Below, piece after piece: positions 61,631-64,000 of a stretch of 64,000 nucleotides of DNA. The stretch is from Macrostomum lignano (lineage: Eukaryota), in NCBI GenBank assembly GCA_002269645.1, contig NIVC01001519.1, forward strand, positions 124,001 through 188,000, read 5' to 3'. The notes below the pieces were generated by a model. It had not been told where the DNA came from. It was given only the letters and a program-made list of their open reading frames with translations, and ran no database searches. A program made the position numbers and the translations under genes. Each line of letters starts with the position of its first letter. The first letter of the stretch is position 1.

Positions 61631-63507
61631 ATGTCTGGCAACAACACCGAGGCTTTCTGCTCCGAGGTTGAGCAGCTGCTCGCATCTCTGCCTAGAGATG
61701 GAGGCCTCATCAGTCAAGCCGCGGCCAGGCAGATGCTGGCTGAGAAGCTGCTCAGAAAGCAGCGTAACCTACAGATGCCGATCGGAGTCTGGACTGTGCT
61801 AGCTCTGCTCACTGCTGGCCTTGTGGCTCGGGCAGCGTATCGGAGCAGCTCGCCAACCTGCCTGCTGTCAGGCACCTGGCTCCAGGAGATTGCTAGGCAG
61901 CCCAGCAACTGCAGCAGCATGTGCGCCGGCCTCACCTCCGTTCCCGTGGAGACGGACATCTCGCCCGAACGGTTCCTGCAGCTGTACGCCTACACCGGCC
62001 GGCCTCTGCTGGTGAGGAACGGCACCCGGGGCTGGCGGGCGCACCAGTACTTCAGCTACGAGTTCATCAGAGACCTGCACGACCGGCATCCATCAGCCTA
62101 CGGCCATGGACCCAATATTAAGGTAAATAATTGGGATGGTAGTAGTATAGCTCAGGCTTGGAGTGCTTCGATTCTTCAATCAGTCGTAGAGAAATCGATA
62201 TGGCAAAACTCGAGATCCCGACGTCAATTTGAACCACAAAATATTGTATACCTGCCAATTCAGTAAATTAAAAATACACACTGATGCAACTTACAATGTG
62301 TATTACATGTATGAAATAAATTATAGGTAAATTTACGTATCTGATACGATCTATTAACAGTATAAATTCAAGAAAAATACGTTAAGGGCTTAAGTTAGTC
62401 TTAAGTTAAGCTGCTAACATCTAATATATGTAAAGCCATTTTAATGCTATAAACAGAGAAAACTTCCTACTTTGATATAACAACGACTTAAGTAGGATGG
62501 CCACCTTGTATCTTACTTATCTAAATTCCTATTTCGTATTTCTAAAATCATGTCGTCCTTGTTTAAACTTCTCCACCTCAAGTAAAAGAATTAAGCGCAT
62601 TTTGCGAGTTTATCGTCTTTAGAGTCTAATTTCGTTGTCCATGCGACTGTCAGTTTGCTTTGTATTTTTAAACCCATTGAGTGGCTTCTCTGAACAACAT
62701 CACCTACCAACGCATTCCAGGTAATCGATCCGTTCAACGTTGAGCTGGCCACCTTGCACGACGCGCTGCACATGTCGGAGGAGCGTCGTCGTCGTCCGTT
62801 CTACTTCGGCTGGAAGAATCTCAATCGAGGCGTTTGCCTTGAGCTGATGAACTACCACGAGCGTCCGTACTATCTTGGGCCGGAGATTGAGCACCCGGCT
62901 GCTGATTGGTTCTATATTGGCAGCGCTAGCAGGGCGGCTCTTTTGCATGTGAGCTTGGAAGCCGATTGGAGAGACTGGAGCTGATAGGTGCTGGTGTACA
63001 GTGAGGGGTAGGGGGTTGGAAAAGCTGATTGGCGCTGGTGTAAAGTGAGGGGTAGGGGTTGGAGAAGCTGATAGGCGTGGGTGTACATTGAGGGGTAGGG
63101 GTTGGAGAAGCTGATAGGCGCTGGTGCACATTGAGGGTAGGGGTTGGAGAAGCTGATAGGCACTGGTGTACATTGAGGGGTAGGGGTTGGAGAAGCTGAT
63201 AGGCGTGGTTGTACATTGAGGGTAGGGGTTAGGGAAGCTGATAGGCGTGGGTGTACAGTGAGGGTAGAAGGTTTTAGACAGAAGCCTTAGCCTAAAAGTG
63301 AACTAAAGCCTATTTTTATCCAACTCCATTTGAATTCCAACATTGTTCACCAAAACCTGCGGGCTTCAATTTTTCAGATCGACTTTTTTTACCGGCCCTC
63401 TTGGCAGGCGCAGATCGCGGGCAGGAAACGGTGGATCTTGCAGCCGCCAGTTGAATGCGAGAGCGTCTGCTCGCCTCTGCAAGTCGACATCGAGCCCGGA
63501 GATATCT
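61631..63507 (+). CDS. Membrane-anchored JmjC/cupin-like domain protein (5' part; continues beyond the window)
   Basis: Exons 61631-62122, 62721-62948, 63378-63507; TM segment IGVWTVLALLTAGLV; ERFLQLYAYTGRPLLVRNGTRGW; FYFGW; RPYYL; DWFYIG; LLH|ID (HxD); SWQAQIAGRKRWIL.PP; DIEPGDI. Confidence 0.78.
62985..63270. repeat. ~42-bp G-rich minisatellite (GCTGATAGGCGCTGGTGTACATTGAGGGGTAGGGGTTGGAGAA)
   Basis: Direct sequence, intron 2 of the JmjC-like gene. Confidence 0.92.
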
Positions 63508-63529
63508 GTGAGCTTATTGTGCTTAAAAC

Positions 63530-64000
63530 TGGTTTGGGGGTTGGTGCGACGGTTTGGGGGTTGGTGTAATGGTTTGGGGGTTGGTGCAATGGTTTGGGGT
63601 TGGTGTTGATGCAATGGTTTGGGGGTTGGTGTAATGGTTTGGGGTTGGTGTAATGGTTTGGGGGTTGGTGTAATGGTTTGGGGGTTGGTGCAATGGTTTG
63701 GGGGTTGGTGCAATGGTTTGGGGGTTGGTGTAATGGTTTGGGGGTTGGTGTTGATGCAATGGTTTGGGGGTTGGTGTAATGGTTTGCGGGTTGGTGCAAT
63801 GGTTTGGGGGTTGGTGTAATGGTTTGGGGGTTGGTGTAATGGTTTGCGGGTTGGTGTAATGGTTTGGGGGTTGGTGTAATGGTTTGGGGGTTGGTGTAAT
63901 GGTTTGGGGGTTGGTGCAATGGTTTGGGGGTTGGTGTAATGGTTTGGGTGTTGGTGTAATGGTTTGGGGGTTGGTGCAATGGTTTGAGGGTTGGTGTAAT
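63530..64000. repeat. 21-bp G/T-rich minisatellite (GGTTTGGGGGTTGGTGTAAT), runs off the window end
   Basis: Direct sequence, intron 3 of the JmjC-like gene. Confidence 0.95.

Noticed and set aside
44-64000. Repeat-derived ORFs (RQTD, SVCL, SQSV, MRLMRLS, PDPQLL, LSPLYLP, TPKPLHQ)
   Set aside because: All coincide with micro/minisatellites, mostly in introns.

Overview
Eukaryotic, intron-containing animal DNA that is very rich in micro- and minisatellites. The style (GC-rich poly-Ala/Gln exons, (AGAC)n and (ACTG)n tracts, repeat-filled introns) resembles the flatworm Macrostomum lignano; this is an inference, not verified. Nine protein-coding genes can be built with GT-AG junctions that keep frame: RNF34/RFFL-like E3 ligase (-), RPUSD1, a divergent mitochondrial SSB-like gene, a 3-domain gelsolin/severin-like gene, DZIP1/iguana, MGAT5, RPL35A, an unrecognised 3-exon ~437-aa gene, and a membrane-anchored JmjC/cupin-like gene running off the end. 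About 5-23 kb is a nested transposon cluster: several MITEs, a degenerate NOF-FB/Rehavkus-type Mutator with a Ulp1 protease, an abutting THAP/P-element remnant, a ~2 kb solo-LTR-like insert, a Merlin/IS1016-type element with TIRs and TSD, and a truncated Gypsy gag-pro. Elsewhere are two CORE-like tRNA SINEs, hAT MITEs and a 5'-truncated RTE LINE. The most striking patterns are that 19 of 24 introns contain a tandem array, and that one minisatellite family (CCAGATCCTCAGTTGCT) recurs at four separate loci, two of which share a terminal variant. No CRISPR array, rRNA or bona fide tRNA gene was found. Most long ORFs in the track are repeat artefacts.
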